Part shown: one piece after another, positions 13,521 through 24,560 of the stretch
Layout of the letters: every line of letters starts with the position of its first letter
Numbering within the stretch: the stretch's first letter is position 1
NCBI GenBank assembly: GCA_034780895.1
Contig: JAUZTB010000064.1
Span: 80,413,994-80,477,993, forward strand
Source: Rhynchobatus australiae
Taxonomy: Eukaryota
Length of the DNA stretch: 64,000 nt
Direction: 5' to 3'
Translations under genes and position numbers: made by a program
Notes under the pieces: model-generated
Told to the model about the DNA's origin: nothing
Seen by the model: only the letters and a program-made list of their open reading frames with translations
Database searches by the model: none

Positions 13521-14661
13521 GAAACAAAATGGCCAATTGCTCTCTTTAGGTGTTTCATAATTAAAAAAAAATGTTTTGCAAGGTAACAAAACCTCTGGCA
13601 TTGATGTGACTAAAGCAAATTCATGAAGCTGAGTACCTAGAATTTTGACACCGGTATGTGCTCATTGGTCAGTGTGATGGATTCACAAACATTTTGCTTC
13701 TAAGAAATTCCATGATGTGCAGTATGAGTCCTCAAACTGCTGAACAGCTGCCGAGATGAGGCATGCCATTTCCTTTTCCCATGTGGTAAATGTGAAGGTA
13801 ATACATGTGCAGAGTTTGGCCAGTGATGGAGGGTGGTGGAGAGACAGTTATTACAGCTACAAAGGGAAATAGAAGTTGTGTTCGTCATTTTGGGAGCAGT
13901 AAGTTGAGAAGTCAGGTTCAAATGCTGGTGATCATTGATGGTCAAGTGGGGGGGATTAGTCATCAGTCAGGTGGTAGTCAGTGGGTCAGGGACTGCCTTC
14001 ATTGCTCAGGAAGTGGTGGCTGCTTAGTGGTGAGAGATACCAGGCACTGGTGGGGGTGTTGGGTCAGTTTGGTGAAATCGGTGGGTGGCAGCTAGGTCTG
14101 ACGAGCCAAGAGCTGAGGGGTGGTGGTTGCTCTGGAAGTTAGTTGTGTTGGAGGTGGGTGGGGTGGCCCAAAGCAGAGCCAGATGGGTTAGAGAGCTGAC
14201 CTCAGCAGGTTCTCTGGGACAGCATGGGAGCTGTTCAGTAACGTCCACATTAAGTGCTGGGGAAACAAGTGAAGGTGACTTAAATCCTGTGAATCATATA
14301 CACCACTCAAAATCCTGGAATGGCATTCCACATCATAGGACTCCACTGTCGATATCCAAATTTGCCCACAATGTTCCACGTCAGGTGCCTGGAAGACCAT
14401 GGGATGAAAATTCCAGAGTGAGATTCACATGGTAAATTCCCGATTTTCATTCATGTTTTAGTTTTCACTGAAGTTGGGTCATGTGGTGTACAAAAGCATG
14501 ATGCTGCACAGAATTTAAAGGCAAAAGTTATTTGAAATAGAAACTGATTTTTTACTGGCAGAGTTCTGGACTTTCTCATATTTAAGTAGATAAAATGTAA
14601 GTATAAAGATAAATATAAAGTGATAAGAGTTAAATGGATAAATTGTTTTGTGGACTTAAGT

Positions 14662-14797
14662 GATCTTTCTGAGGAAGGGTCCTGACCTGAAATATTGACC
14701 ACCTGCTTTTCTCCACGGATGCTGCCTGGCCTGCTGAGTTCCTCCAGCATCATAGTGGTTTTCATCTAGATTCCAGCATCTGCAGTCCTTTGTTTCT
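14662..14797 (+). mobile_element. Penelope-like terminal repeat (younger subfamily) with hammerhead core
   Basis: CTGAGGA(14669)-AGGGTC-CT-GACCT-GAAA, then CTCCACGGATGCTGCCTGGCCTGCTGAGTTCCTCCAGCATC. Close match to 19881-20032 and 39661-39793. Confidence 0.75.
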
Positions 14798-16254
14798 TTG
14801 ATCTTTCTGTGAAAGCTTTTAAAGACCACTGAGACAACTGATACTGGTTGCATTGCTATTCAAATCCATGCAGACCTAAACCTACTACTTGACTTTAGCA
14901 GCTGTCAAGGCAGCGAAAAAATGGAGATATTGGCAGGTTTTCTTCTGAGGCTGGATGTTCTGCACAAACACACTGGTTGGGCTCCACGCAAGGAAGATGA
15001 CGACTTATTTCTCTAGCTGTGCACAAAATGAAAATTATTATTTTGTTCAACACTAACAGCAGTCGCCCCACACCTTCTGAGCATGAAAAGTAAACAAATA
15101 AGCAATATTCCAGTGCAGCAAACTGTTGATTCGACATTTAGCTAAAGCATGTGCCAGATGAGACATTGCTGACTATCTTCAGGTTGTGTTTAGCAGCTGT
15201 CAATGCAGATGTTTGGGCTTGTTGTACCCTACCCAAAGGAGCATTTACAGACAGTGCTGACCAAACTGAACTACCTTTGTTTAACTACACTGCTAAATGA
15301 TGAGACAAAAGACAAGGCTGTCTGGCATGCCCCAGTCTAGACTATCAAGAAGTGACTCTTTTTTTCCCTTCCAATAAAGCCTTCAAGTAAACTGCTACCA
15401 AATTTGAGTCATAGTTGCTCAGCTTCTGATCTCGATGAATGAACGACTCAACCACAGACACTGCAGGAAAGGTTAAAAGACTGTTCGTGACTAGGTTTCT
15501 GAAGTGTTTGTGAACTTGATTCTGCAAGCGAGCATAGACACTTCAGGAGCACATTAAAACTTGTTGGATTGAAACAAAGGAAACACAGCTATTGAAAAAA
15601 TATTAACTGCAGGAAAGTTTAGTGTGGCGAAGATCCCAGCGACTGGCAGGAGAGTGAATCAGATTTCCAAGCACAAACCTGTAGCATCTCCAGCACTGAT
15701 ACTTTTAAACCTTTCACCTCGGAGTGGAGTGCAACAATTCACATTTATACTGGTTATTCAATATCAACATAGATTTTGTCTTTCTTCCAATTTGCCATTG
15801 TTAGTTACTCCCATAACAGGACCAGGTGACTTCATTATCCCTTTTAATCCTTATTGTCCAAATTAATGATGATATAACTTTTGGGATAGCAACAGAATTC
15901 TTGCTGTCCATAGCAGTAAGTGGAAAGTATTACATGCTATCAAGTAAATTCTTCTCTCCAACAAATATAGCAAATTGGAATAGTTTTCCACCAAGGAAAG
16001 GCATGTGCTTTGTTAGAAAAAATAATTGGTTCATAGTAAAAATAATAATAGACAAAAATATTTTTAAACCAGAGGATGTGAGCATCACCACCCATCCCAA
16101 GTTATTCTTGAAAGCTACCATCTCAAATCACTGGAGTCCATGTAGTAAAGATAAGGCTCTAAATAGGGAGCTTCTGGGTTTTGCTCCAGCACTGATGAAT
16201 TATCAGTGGTACATACAGTGAGGATGCTTCCTTGCACTCAGTGCCCTGTTTTTA

Positions 16255-16380
16255 AAACAAAATACTGGAAATCTGAAATAGAATCCAAATTAGAAAATGC
16301 TGAAAACATTCAAGTCAGACAGCATTTGTGGAGAGAAAAACAAAGCTAATGGCTCAGATCAATTATCCATCATCAAAATT
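16255..16380 (-). mobile_element. Degenerate Penelope-like terminal repeat
   Basis: CTGGAAATCTGAAATA..AGAAAATGCTG..AGTCAGACAGCATTTGTGGAGAGAAAAAC. Confidence 0.55.
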
Positions 16381-16384
16381 TGTT

Positions 16385-16900
16385 CTCCTTGGAGGTAGGA
16401 AGTTGTAGTTTTAGGATGTGTTAAAGAAGAATTGGTAAGATGTTGCAGTACATTTTGTTGATGGTACCCATGGTGTCAGTTGTGGAGAGAGTGAAAATCT
16501 GGCAGTGAATAGGATGCCAGTCACATGGGTACCTTTGTCCTGGATAGCGTCAAGCTACATGAAAGTGATTGGACCTGGCAAATAGAGCTTTCCATCAGAT
16601 GCCTGACCTGTATCCTGTCAGTCGCTGCAAGTTTTGATGATTTGGAAGATGTGTCACTCACAATGGTACAATCTTCTGTCTCTATCACTAACAATTTACA
16701 GCTGCTTCTCATAGACTTAGGATACCAGTTTCCTTAACAGCAGAATTGGAGTGTCAAATTCACAGCCTGTCACTTGGTATTGTAACCTCAGTAATTACAT
16801 GGCTCATCTAGACAGGTTTCTGGGCAGGTGATTCTGTGATAATGATGCCATTGAGTGATAAAGGGCAGTGGCAAGATTCTTTGATCAATTTGGTCATTGT
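16385..16900 (-). mobile_element. CR1-group LINE fragment
   Basis: Colinear with the LINE 3' region at 27370-27830 and 45400-45770. Confidence 0.4.
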
Positions 16901-17061
16901 TGATCATTCAGTTAAACTGGCTCAGATTTGGAAGTACGTAGACCTTAGTTCCATCTCCCTCATCCTGCATTTTGTGAACTGATACCACAAGTCTGTTAGC
17001 TGTTCTTGCCAATCCCTTCCACCAACAGGAATGGTGCTGAGACATAGCCAAGGAAGGGGAA

Positions 17062-17313
17062 AATTTTAAATTTAAATTTTATTTACAGCATGGTAACAGG
17101 CCCTTCCAGCCCAACGAGTCCACACCGCCCATTTTAAACCCAAATTAACCTACCTGTACGTCTTTGCAATGTGGGAGGAAACCAGAGCATCCAGAGGAAA
17201 CCCACACAGACATGGGAGAACGTACCAACTCCATACAGTCAGTGACAGGAATCGAACCCCGAATGCTGGTTCTGTAATAGCATTGCGCTAACTGCTACGC
17301 TACTGTGCCGCCC
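17062..17313 (-). mobile_element. V-SINE (HE1-like), full length
   Basis: Same head, V-domain and tail as 6318-6564. GGAATCGAACCC B box. Confidence 0.85.
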
Positions 17314-17954
17314 TTAAATCATCCAGTCTTTAGAATTTAACTCCCTGACCTCTCCTGTAAGCATCCCATGTGTCAATCATTCAGTTCCTGGTGGGTACAA
17401 GAGGGACTTTGGATAGGAGGATACTGTAGAGGAACTGAGGAGACAGTATTTGTGACTAATGATCAGGTAGGAAATTGAGTGTTGTGGTCAGGGCATGTGT
17501 ATCTTGTGGGATGGGACTTCCCTACAGTGAAGATACTTCCTAAATAGAAAATGGAAAGTAAATACAAATTAATCTTGCCTGTCTGGGTGCCATTCCTTCT
17601 CCTCAGATATTCAGTTTGGCATGCAAACCGTGTCGTCCTCGGCTTAACTTGCAGTCAAGCCTCAATGATGTCATTAGAGTGCATGTGCATTTTAAAAAGT
17701 GTCCTGCTGCCTTCTGGCAGTGTCCCTCTTGACTGCAATAAAGTGCAGGTTAATGAACAGCAAAACCTGTCCTTCAAAGTAATTCACTGTATGTGCTGAG
17801 GGACCTTTGGAGATGTGATAAGATATGAGCTTCAATAATGATAATTCTATGGTTGGAGCTCCTGGTATAAAACAGTGCTTGCACTGATTGCTGGCCTGGA
17901 AATTGTGGGCTTATGACATTGGTTTCTCTGCTCATTAATCTAAATCAAGCAATC

Positions 17955-18110
17955 TGTGCTTCTGTCTGTCACTATCTGTCATTCTATCTTTCTTTGCCTT
18001 TCTCTGTCTGTCTTTCTACCTTTCTGTCTGTCTGCCCTTCTAACACATGTCTCTTTCCTCATTCCACTGTTTGTCTTCCTGTCTATTTCTGCCTGCCTTT
18101 ATCTTTTCTC
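17955..18110. repeat. Degenerate (TCTG/TCTA)n low-complexity tract
   Basis: Visible TCTGTC/TCTATC reiteration. Confidence 0.6.
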
Positions 18111-19880
18111 CCAACCCACTATTGCCCCCTCAAAAGCTTTCATAGTTTAAAAGCCTCATTTAGATTCTTCTCTAACATGGTCTGCTTTAGCAAAGAAACA
18201 CAACTTTGCTCTCTTTCCTTTGGTAATCTGGGAGATGCTGGAGTTTTCAATGAGATGATTCATTTTCTTAACAGACAGGAGAACCCTCAACCTGCACATT
18301 CCACAAGAACTTGGATTTGAGTTGAGTCCCATCCTCTCAGTGAAGGAATGGCATGTGACCTGTGCAGGAAGAGGAGCAAAAGTCACCCAATACTACAAGT
18401 TCAAGCACTCGCAGAAATAATGGTCACTTTTCAGAACCGAAACGTGCAATGGTATTTTCCTTCTGTGACCGTCTGTCCGCATTCAAAAAGATTCATCGAC
18501 TTGTGTAAAGAAAGAGCAGCTGGTGTTCTATAGATCAGAAATAACCAAGAAAACATCGCATCCTCTTCATGGGCCCTTTAGATTCAGAGGTGCTTGACCC
18601 CATCGACAGATCCCACGGTCTGCTCTGTGGAAAGTGCTGAGGTCTTTCACCCACTAACAGCCTCATATCCTAGTGAATTTAGGCAGGGTGCCCTTTAAAC
18701 CAGCTACATATTAAAATGTAACCTTAGGGTCCACTTCCACCCCTCTGGGCAACTGAGTGAACAATAGCAGACAACATGGACAATAACAATCTGTTGGGAA
18801 GGACTACATGTTTCCAAGTATCTTTAAAGTATTTACAGGTTTTGGTTTGTCCCCACAGGGATCATAGCTGCATAAATGTTAAGCAGCTAATCTGGTCAGT
18901 GGTGACCGTGACAACTGATTGGTTCTGTATGTTTTAACTCCCTCTTTATTGTTCTCTTCTTTCAGGTAGTGATAATATAAATTAGATTACAGAAGCTCAA
19001 TGTCTGGGCTTTTAATGTCTACAATTAGGTGAACTTTTGTGAACTGTTCCCCCCCCACTAGTAAAATGCACAAATGTTGAAACTTTCAGTTTTATTTTAA
19101 AGAGAAGGCCATGGTGCCTGTTTTCTGCAGGGAATCTTGAGCTGCATTTTCTCCCTGCTGCTTCTCCTAAGCTGTAATAAGTGTGCTTCTGTCGTTACCA
19201 GCAGCTCCTCTGTATGTGTCTTGCTGCTAAATTACCCAATCGAACATAAGAATTTCTCAGCCAAGCTCCATCCTGTTCACACTCAATGTTCACGTGTATC
19301 CTATGCAGTGCGGCTCACTAACTGCAATCAGTAGTAGAAATCTGAGTGTATTCCTTAATCCAAGGGTTGCTCTATAATGAAAGGAGTCTACACACTCAAG
19401 GGGAAGAAAAGGGTAAAGGAAAGCTGCCAGATAGCCTCACACCCTTGTCTTGGTTGCGTGCCTAATTTTGCTTCCCCAGGAGCTGGATCAAATGGCAGCT
19501 GGAATGGTTGTCCTGCATGGAGGTGTCAGCTGTCCAATATCCACACCAAAGGCACTTCCGTTGAATGTTAATAGTACTCTGAAATGTAAAATCAGGAATA
19601 GACTCTGCGGGAATTAATTAGATTGAATGTCGATAGAAAAGGGAGGATGCTAGGGATAACTAAATGAGCAAGGGTCAGCTGTAACTCTGAATGGAGAAAT
19701 CCAGAGTAGTTTCTTTTTGCACAAGTGTTTTCTTTAAGAATTGAATGAGGTCAAGGTTCCTTAACAGGAAGGGAAATGTTATTAGTAATCAAACTAATGG
19801 GACTTTGAGATGAATGATTGGCACATAATCAGCACCTGATACCAGTAGCAGAAATCCAGAGGAAATCAAGTCCCTATACT

Positions 19881-20032
19881 TGGGGAAACAAAGGACTGCA
19901 GATGCTGGAATTTGGATGAGAAATAGTGATGCTGGAGGAACTCATTAGGCCAGGCAGTATCCGTGGAGAAAAGATTTTCTCCACGGATGCTGTCTGGCCT
20001 GCTGAGTTCCTCCATCACAACTGTTTTTCATC
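19881..20032. mobile_element. Fold-back insertion of two inverted Penelope terminal repeats with 12-bp TSD
   Basis: ...ATCCGTGGAGAAAAGATTTTCTCCACGGAT... at the centre. AGTCCCTATACT at 19869-19880 and 20033-20044. Confidence 0.8.
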
Positions 20033-20073
20033 AGTCCCTATACTACCCTCCTGGACTTTAGCCAGAATTCTAC

Positions 20074-20245
20074 AATAAAGGCAGAAAATGCTGGAAACAG
20101 ATCAGGCAGCATCTGTAGAAAGAGAAACATGAATTAGTTTCAGGTCAAAGACTCTCCATCCTTTCTTTCCACAGATGCTGCCTGACCCTCTTATTGTTTC
20201 CAGCATTTTCTGTTATTGTTTCAGATTTCCAGAATCTGCAGCTTT
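20074..20245. mobile_element. Second fold-back Penelope terminal-repeat element (older subfamily)
   Basis: CAGAAAATGCTGGAAAC..TCAGGCAGCATCTGTAGAAAGA is the inverse of TCTTTCCACAGATGCTGCCTGA..GTTTCCAGCATTTTCTG. Confidence 0.7.
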
Positions 20246-20269
20246 ATTGAAATGCAAAATCCTAAGGTG

Positions 20270-20592
20270 GAAGTACAATACCAAGTGGCTGCTGCAGTGT
20301 TGCAGGTGTTGGATGAGGCATTAATCTAAGGCCCTTTCTGCTCTCTTGAGTAAACATGAAAGATCCCCTGTCACTATTTGGAAAACTCAGTGTACAGCCC
20401 AATATTGATCCCTCCAATAAGTAGTACTAAAGCAGGTGGCTTGGTCACTTTAAGATTGCTACTTGTGGAAGCTTTCTATGCTCCAATTGACTGCCAACAT
20501 TATAACAGGAGCAACACTTCAAAAAGTATGTCATTGGCTGTACTTTCCTGAAGTTGTGAAAGACACTATATAAATGGAGGTACTTCTCTTTT
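20270..20592 (+). mobile_element. DeuSINE (SacSINE1-like) with L2-type tail
   Basis: GGATGAGGCATTAA..GGCCC..AAAGATCCC..CACTATTTG..CCAATATTGATCCCTC..ATTGCT..TGTGG..CACTTCAAAAAGTA..ATTGGCTGTA..GTGAAAGACACTATATAAATG matches the Deu-domain SINE layout. Confidence 0.75.
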
Positions 20593-20919
20593 TGCTAAAG
20601 AAGTAATTAATATCTGGGCAACGATACTCATTTCTTTGAAGCTTTGGCACTCATTACTGGAGACAGCTGGGATGTAAGGTCAGACTTCAAAGATCCTGGC
20701 CTCAGCCACTGCAGAAAGAGCCAGGTGTGAGCGTCTCACAGGAAGGGGGAGAAATTGACCTCCAGCTCATCTCAGATTTTCACCTTCCATCGCATATGTG
20801 CAGAAATCTAAGATGAACCAAGCTGTCAGTGGCTGATAGGCAGTGGTTCCTTTGAAATGATTGGCTCGTAGTCAGCATAATTTGACTTATTACCATACAA
20901 TAGGAGCAATCTGCATCCA

Positions 20920-21014
20920 GATTTCCGATGAAGGATCACAGACCTGAAGGGTTCACGCTGTTTCTCTTTTCACAGATGCTGCCTGATGTGCTGAGCATTT
21001 TCTGTTTTCATTTT
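20920..21014 (+). mobile_element. Penelope-like terminal repeat with degenerate hammerhead
   Basis: CCGATGA-AGGATC-ACA-GACCT-GAAG, then CACAGATGCTGCCTGA..GAGCATTTTCTG. Confidence 0.65.
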
Positions 21015-21919
21015 AATCCACACTCACGTTGTAGCTTTTAGTGTGGTCAGACCTGAAAAGTTTAACAAAAGTGTAAATGCAGACACGTGAGCGACTGCAA
21101 GGATGAGTGAAGAGATTATTCTTCAAGAATACGTTTAAAAACTAGTTCTGGATGTAGCTATCAGCTTGTAGGGTTAAGATCGCAGAAGGCTCCCATACCA
21201 AATGTGAAAGGGAGTATAAACAGGGTTTAAACTCACAGATGACCACATCATTTGCAGTCCATTCCCATCCATCATTCCAGCTTTTATTTCTCCAAGATTT
21301 GGATCTATTTGTTTCTGTAAATGTTCTTTCGCCATTTTAGACAGAATCCTAATTGCCCAATCCTCACTTTCCCCCTCCCCCACCTATCACCAACACCCTC
21401 CCCACCATCTGGGGAGATAGAATGAGGTGGGGATGCCTTTAAAATTGATCTTGCAGCTCAGTGTGTCAGGCCACTGCTCTTGACTGCAGTGTATAAGTTA
21501 AGGCCCCAAATGGAGAGCAGGCCCTTCACAAACTGAGGCAAAACTGTGTCCACTTCCAACATTGGAGCCCTGAATAGATTTCAATGTGGGTTTGAACATG
21601 AATCTGCCTGTCAGGTAAATAGAGGGACACAGAAATAGGATTGGGCCTTTCATANNNNNNNNNNNNNNNNNNNNNNNNNNNNNNNNNNNNNNNNNNNNNN
21701 NNNNNNNNNNNNNNNNNNNNNNNNNNNNNNNNNNNNNNNNNNNNNNNNNNNNNNNNNNNNNNNNNNNNNNNNNNNNNNNNNNNNNNNNNNNNNNNNNNNN
21801 NNNNNNNNNNNNNNNNNNNNNNNNNNNNNNNNNNNNNNNNNNNNNNNNNNNNNNNNNNNNNNNNNNNNNNNNNNNNNNNNNNNNNNNNNNNNNNNNNNNN
21901 NNNNNNNNNNNNNNNTGTG

Positions 21920-22115
21920 CCATGGAATCTCTCACTTACCAGAGAGATCCGATGGTCCTCAGTTTATTGTCTCACCTGAAAGCCAGCAGTTCAGCATTCC
22001 CTCAGTGCTTCATTGCTGTGTCAGCCGATGTGTTTTGCTAAAGCCTTTGGAATGGGATTTGAACCCACAATTTTCTGACTCAGAAGTAAGAACTCTACCA
22101 CAGCAAGAACTGAGC
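21920..22115 (-). mobile_element. DeuSINE 5' part (tRNA-derived head)
   Basis: GGGATTTGAACCCACAA.TTTCTGACTCAGA B-box head and CAGCATTCCCTCAGTGCT. Confidence 0.6.
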
Positions 22116-22134
22116 CAAAGTTAACAAACTATAG

Positions 22135-24560
22135 TGCCTGTATAGACTCCAAGTCTTTACAGTTTTCCAGTGATTCTGGCTGTTCTCAATTTAGAAAGTA
22201 CTTGGTTTTTGTTTAACTTAAATCGGACTTTACAATTGTCTACATTGAAATTCATTTGCTTAATCTATGAACCTTTTGTACTGAGTTTTCATCTATGCTG
22301 TTTACGGTGCCACCTATGTTTGAGTCATCAGTAAGTTTGGCTATGTGATCTTCTATCTCATCACTTGCGTTGATTCCTAATATGGTAAACAGTTGAGACC
22401 TGAACACAGATCCCTGTGGAACACATCCTACTAATTTGAGTATTTGCCCATTATCCTACTCCCTATTCGGTCAATACCCTAACCAGGTCCACAATTTGCC
22501 ATCAATTGTCTCAGCTTGACGGACTATCAAGTCCTCCTGGAAGCCAATATAAATGACATGAAGTTCACTCCACTTCTTTGGTCACTTCTTCAAAAAGTTC
22601 AGTCGGGTGCATCTGACATGAATAACGCTTTATAAATCCATGCTGACTCCTCTCCAATCAGCTGAAAAATTTCACTTATTCTGCCTTTTAATTATGGATT
22701 CCAGTAAAGCACCACAACAGATGTTAAACTAATTGGTCTATAACTCCCAGGTTTCCCTTTTAAAGAGTGGTGTGACATGTTTAATTTTTCAGTCTGAAGT
22801 ATGTGATCAATGTTAGTTTTTGGCATCTCGTGATATTGTCAACGACTCCCATTGCATCCTTAAATGAAAGCAGTCTTGTGCTGAAGAGTTAGTACCCATA
22901 GCATTATTATTTTCTTTATAAGCATTAGGCCAGATCTTGCCAGCACACTCTCTAACCCCAATCATTGTTCATAGTCTTCCCATGCTTGTACTCATCAGCT
23001 CCAGATATGGAAGGTCTCTTTCTAACCCAAAAACCCCTGGATTCCAGCAGTGTGGCCTGAGTGTCAACTGCATCTCTGGTGACACAAGGAAGAAGCCCCA
23101 AACCCTTTAATGGCCAGTAAAGCCCAGCCCTCAGCCTTGCCATCTGTCAAAAAATACTAAGTTTTTTTCTGTTATTGAATATCATTAAGTAAATGGTAAT
23201 GCAAAATGATTAAAAATTAAATATTTTAAAAGCACCTAAAACATAAATAATATTTAAACTATCAAACTCAAAAACAAAAGGAACTTGCCTTCACTTTTGC
23301 TTTTTTATCTGCAGCTGTACATTGCCCATTCAGGTTTTAAAACGTAAGATTATGGATCCCACACTTGGTTTAACATGCCGAGACTTCACTGGCTTAAATC
23401 CTGGGGATTTTCAGCAAGATGGAGTTCAACAGTGTGTCAAGCTCTGGGACAGTGACTGCCATTCCAAACCTGACTGCATGGATGTCCCAGACTTCCATTT
23501 ATATGGATAAATAGATAATTGACATTTAACAGCATGATCTGGATTGTTCTCTTTATTTATGCCAATTTTGGTGCATCCTCAGATCCATTCTTTTTCCTCT
23601 AGTGTAAACATTGATGCAAAATAATCACACAATATCTGCTGTTCCCTATTTGCAGTGATGAAGGTTAACTGGTGCAGGACGATATGCTGCACTAGTAAGA
23701 AAGTGGTCAATACAGTTAGTAGGTCTTAGTCAAACAGCACAGACTGGTCTTTCAGATCACCAAGTCTGTGCTGACCATCAAGCACCCATTTATTTGATCC
23801 TATGCTAATCCCACTTCATTCTCCCCACATGCCCTTCAACTCTTCTCAGATTCTACCACTCATCTACATACTAGGGGCAATTTACAGTGACCACCTGCAA
23901 GCCTTTTGGGATATGCAAGAAAACCAGAGCACCTGGAAGAAACCAACACAATCACAGGGAGAACATGCATACTCCACCCACACAACACTAGAGGTCAGGA
24001 TCAAATACAGGTCACTAGAGCTGTGAGATGGCAGCTCTGCTAGTTGTGCTGTTCCTTAAGTACAAGTGGATTAAATCAGCAACATTAGCCATATGATTTT
24101 GCTGGTGTGGAACGTTTCACCCTGTTTATAATACCACTTTTTTCACTTTTCAAGAGCCTGTGTTTGCTTTGTTGATGTGATTGCACGTTTTGTTCCACAG
24201 TCCCTTCTGTAGCCTGACCCATTTGGGTTCTTTTTATACATCTTCCAGTTGCTAGGGTCTAGTTTTACTTTTTTGCATCCTTTTTCCTTTAGTTTGTTTT
24301 TCTTTTTCACTTAGCATTTTAATTACCCACAGCTATTTATGTCCCTTTGGGTTGCATACTGATTTTGTACACTATTAGCTTCTTTGAATGCATCCCACTG
24401 ATCCTCCAAGTTACCCATAAACAGATTTGTCTGGTTCACTGTGGTCACTGAAGTCATCCTTCCCTAAGTGTAGAATCTCAATAGCTGTTCTGCAGTTCTC
24501 ACTTTCAAGCACTGTATTGATCTTGGGACAGGTTAGTAGATGCTCAGTGGACAAAAAGGC
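22135..24560 (-). mobile_element. Old CR1 ORF2 pseudogene interrupted by younger insertions (about 22925-23500 and 23725-24055)
   Basis: Minus strand shows KLTDDS (FADD-like, about 22325), VPQGSV (about 22410) and DVIYIGF. A YFASVF-like block lies at about 23610, and the linker region at 24060-24560. Confidence 0.6.
23725..24055 (-). mobile_element. V-SINE, long-tail subfamily
   Basis: AAAACCAGAGCACCTGGAAGAAACC..CACAGGGAGAACATGCA..GAGGTCAGGATCAAA. Similar to 37765-38105 and 39310-39618. Confidence 0.7.

Noticed and set aside
18348-18533. Cys-containing ORF with a TTTTCAG acceptor
   Set aside because: No recognisable family, no convincing donor, and stops in the alternative frames.
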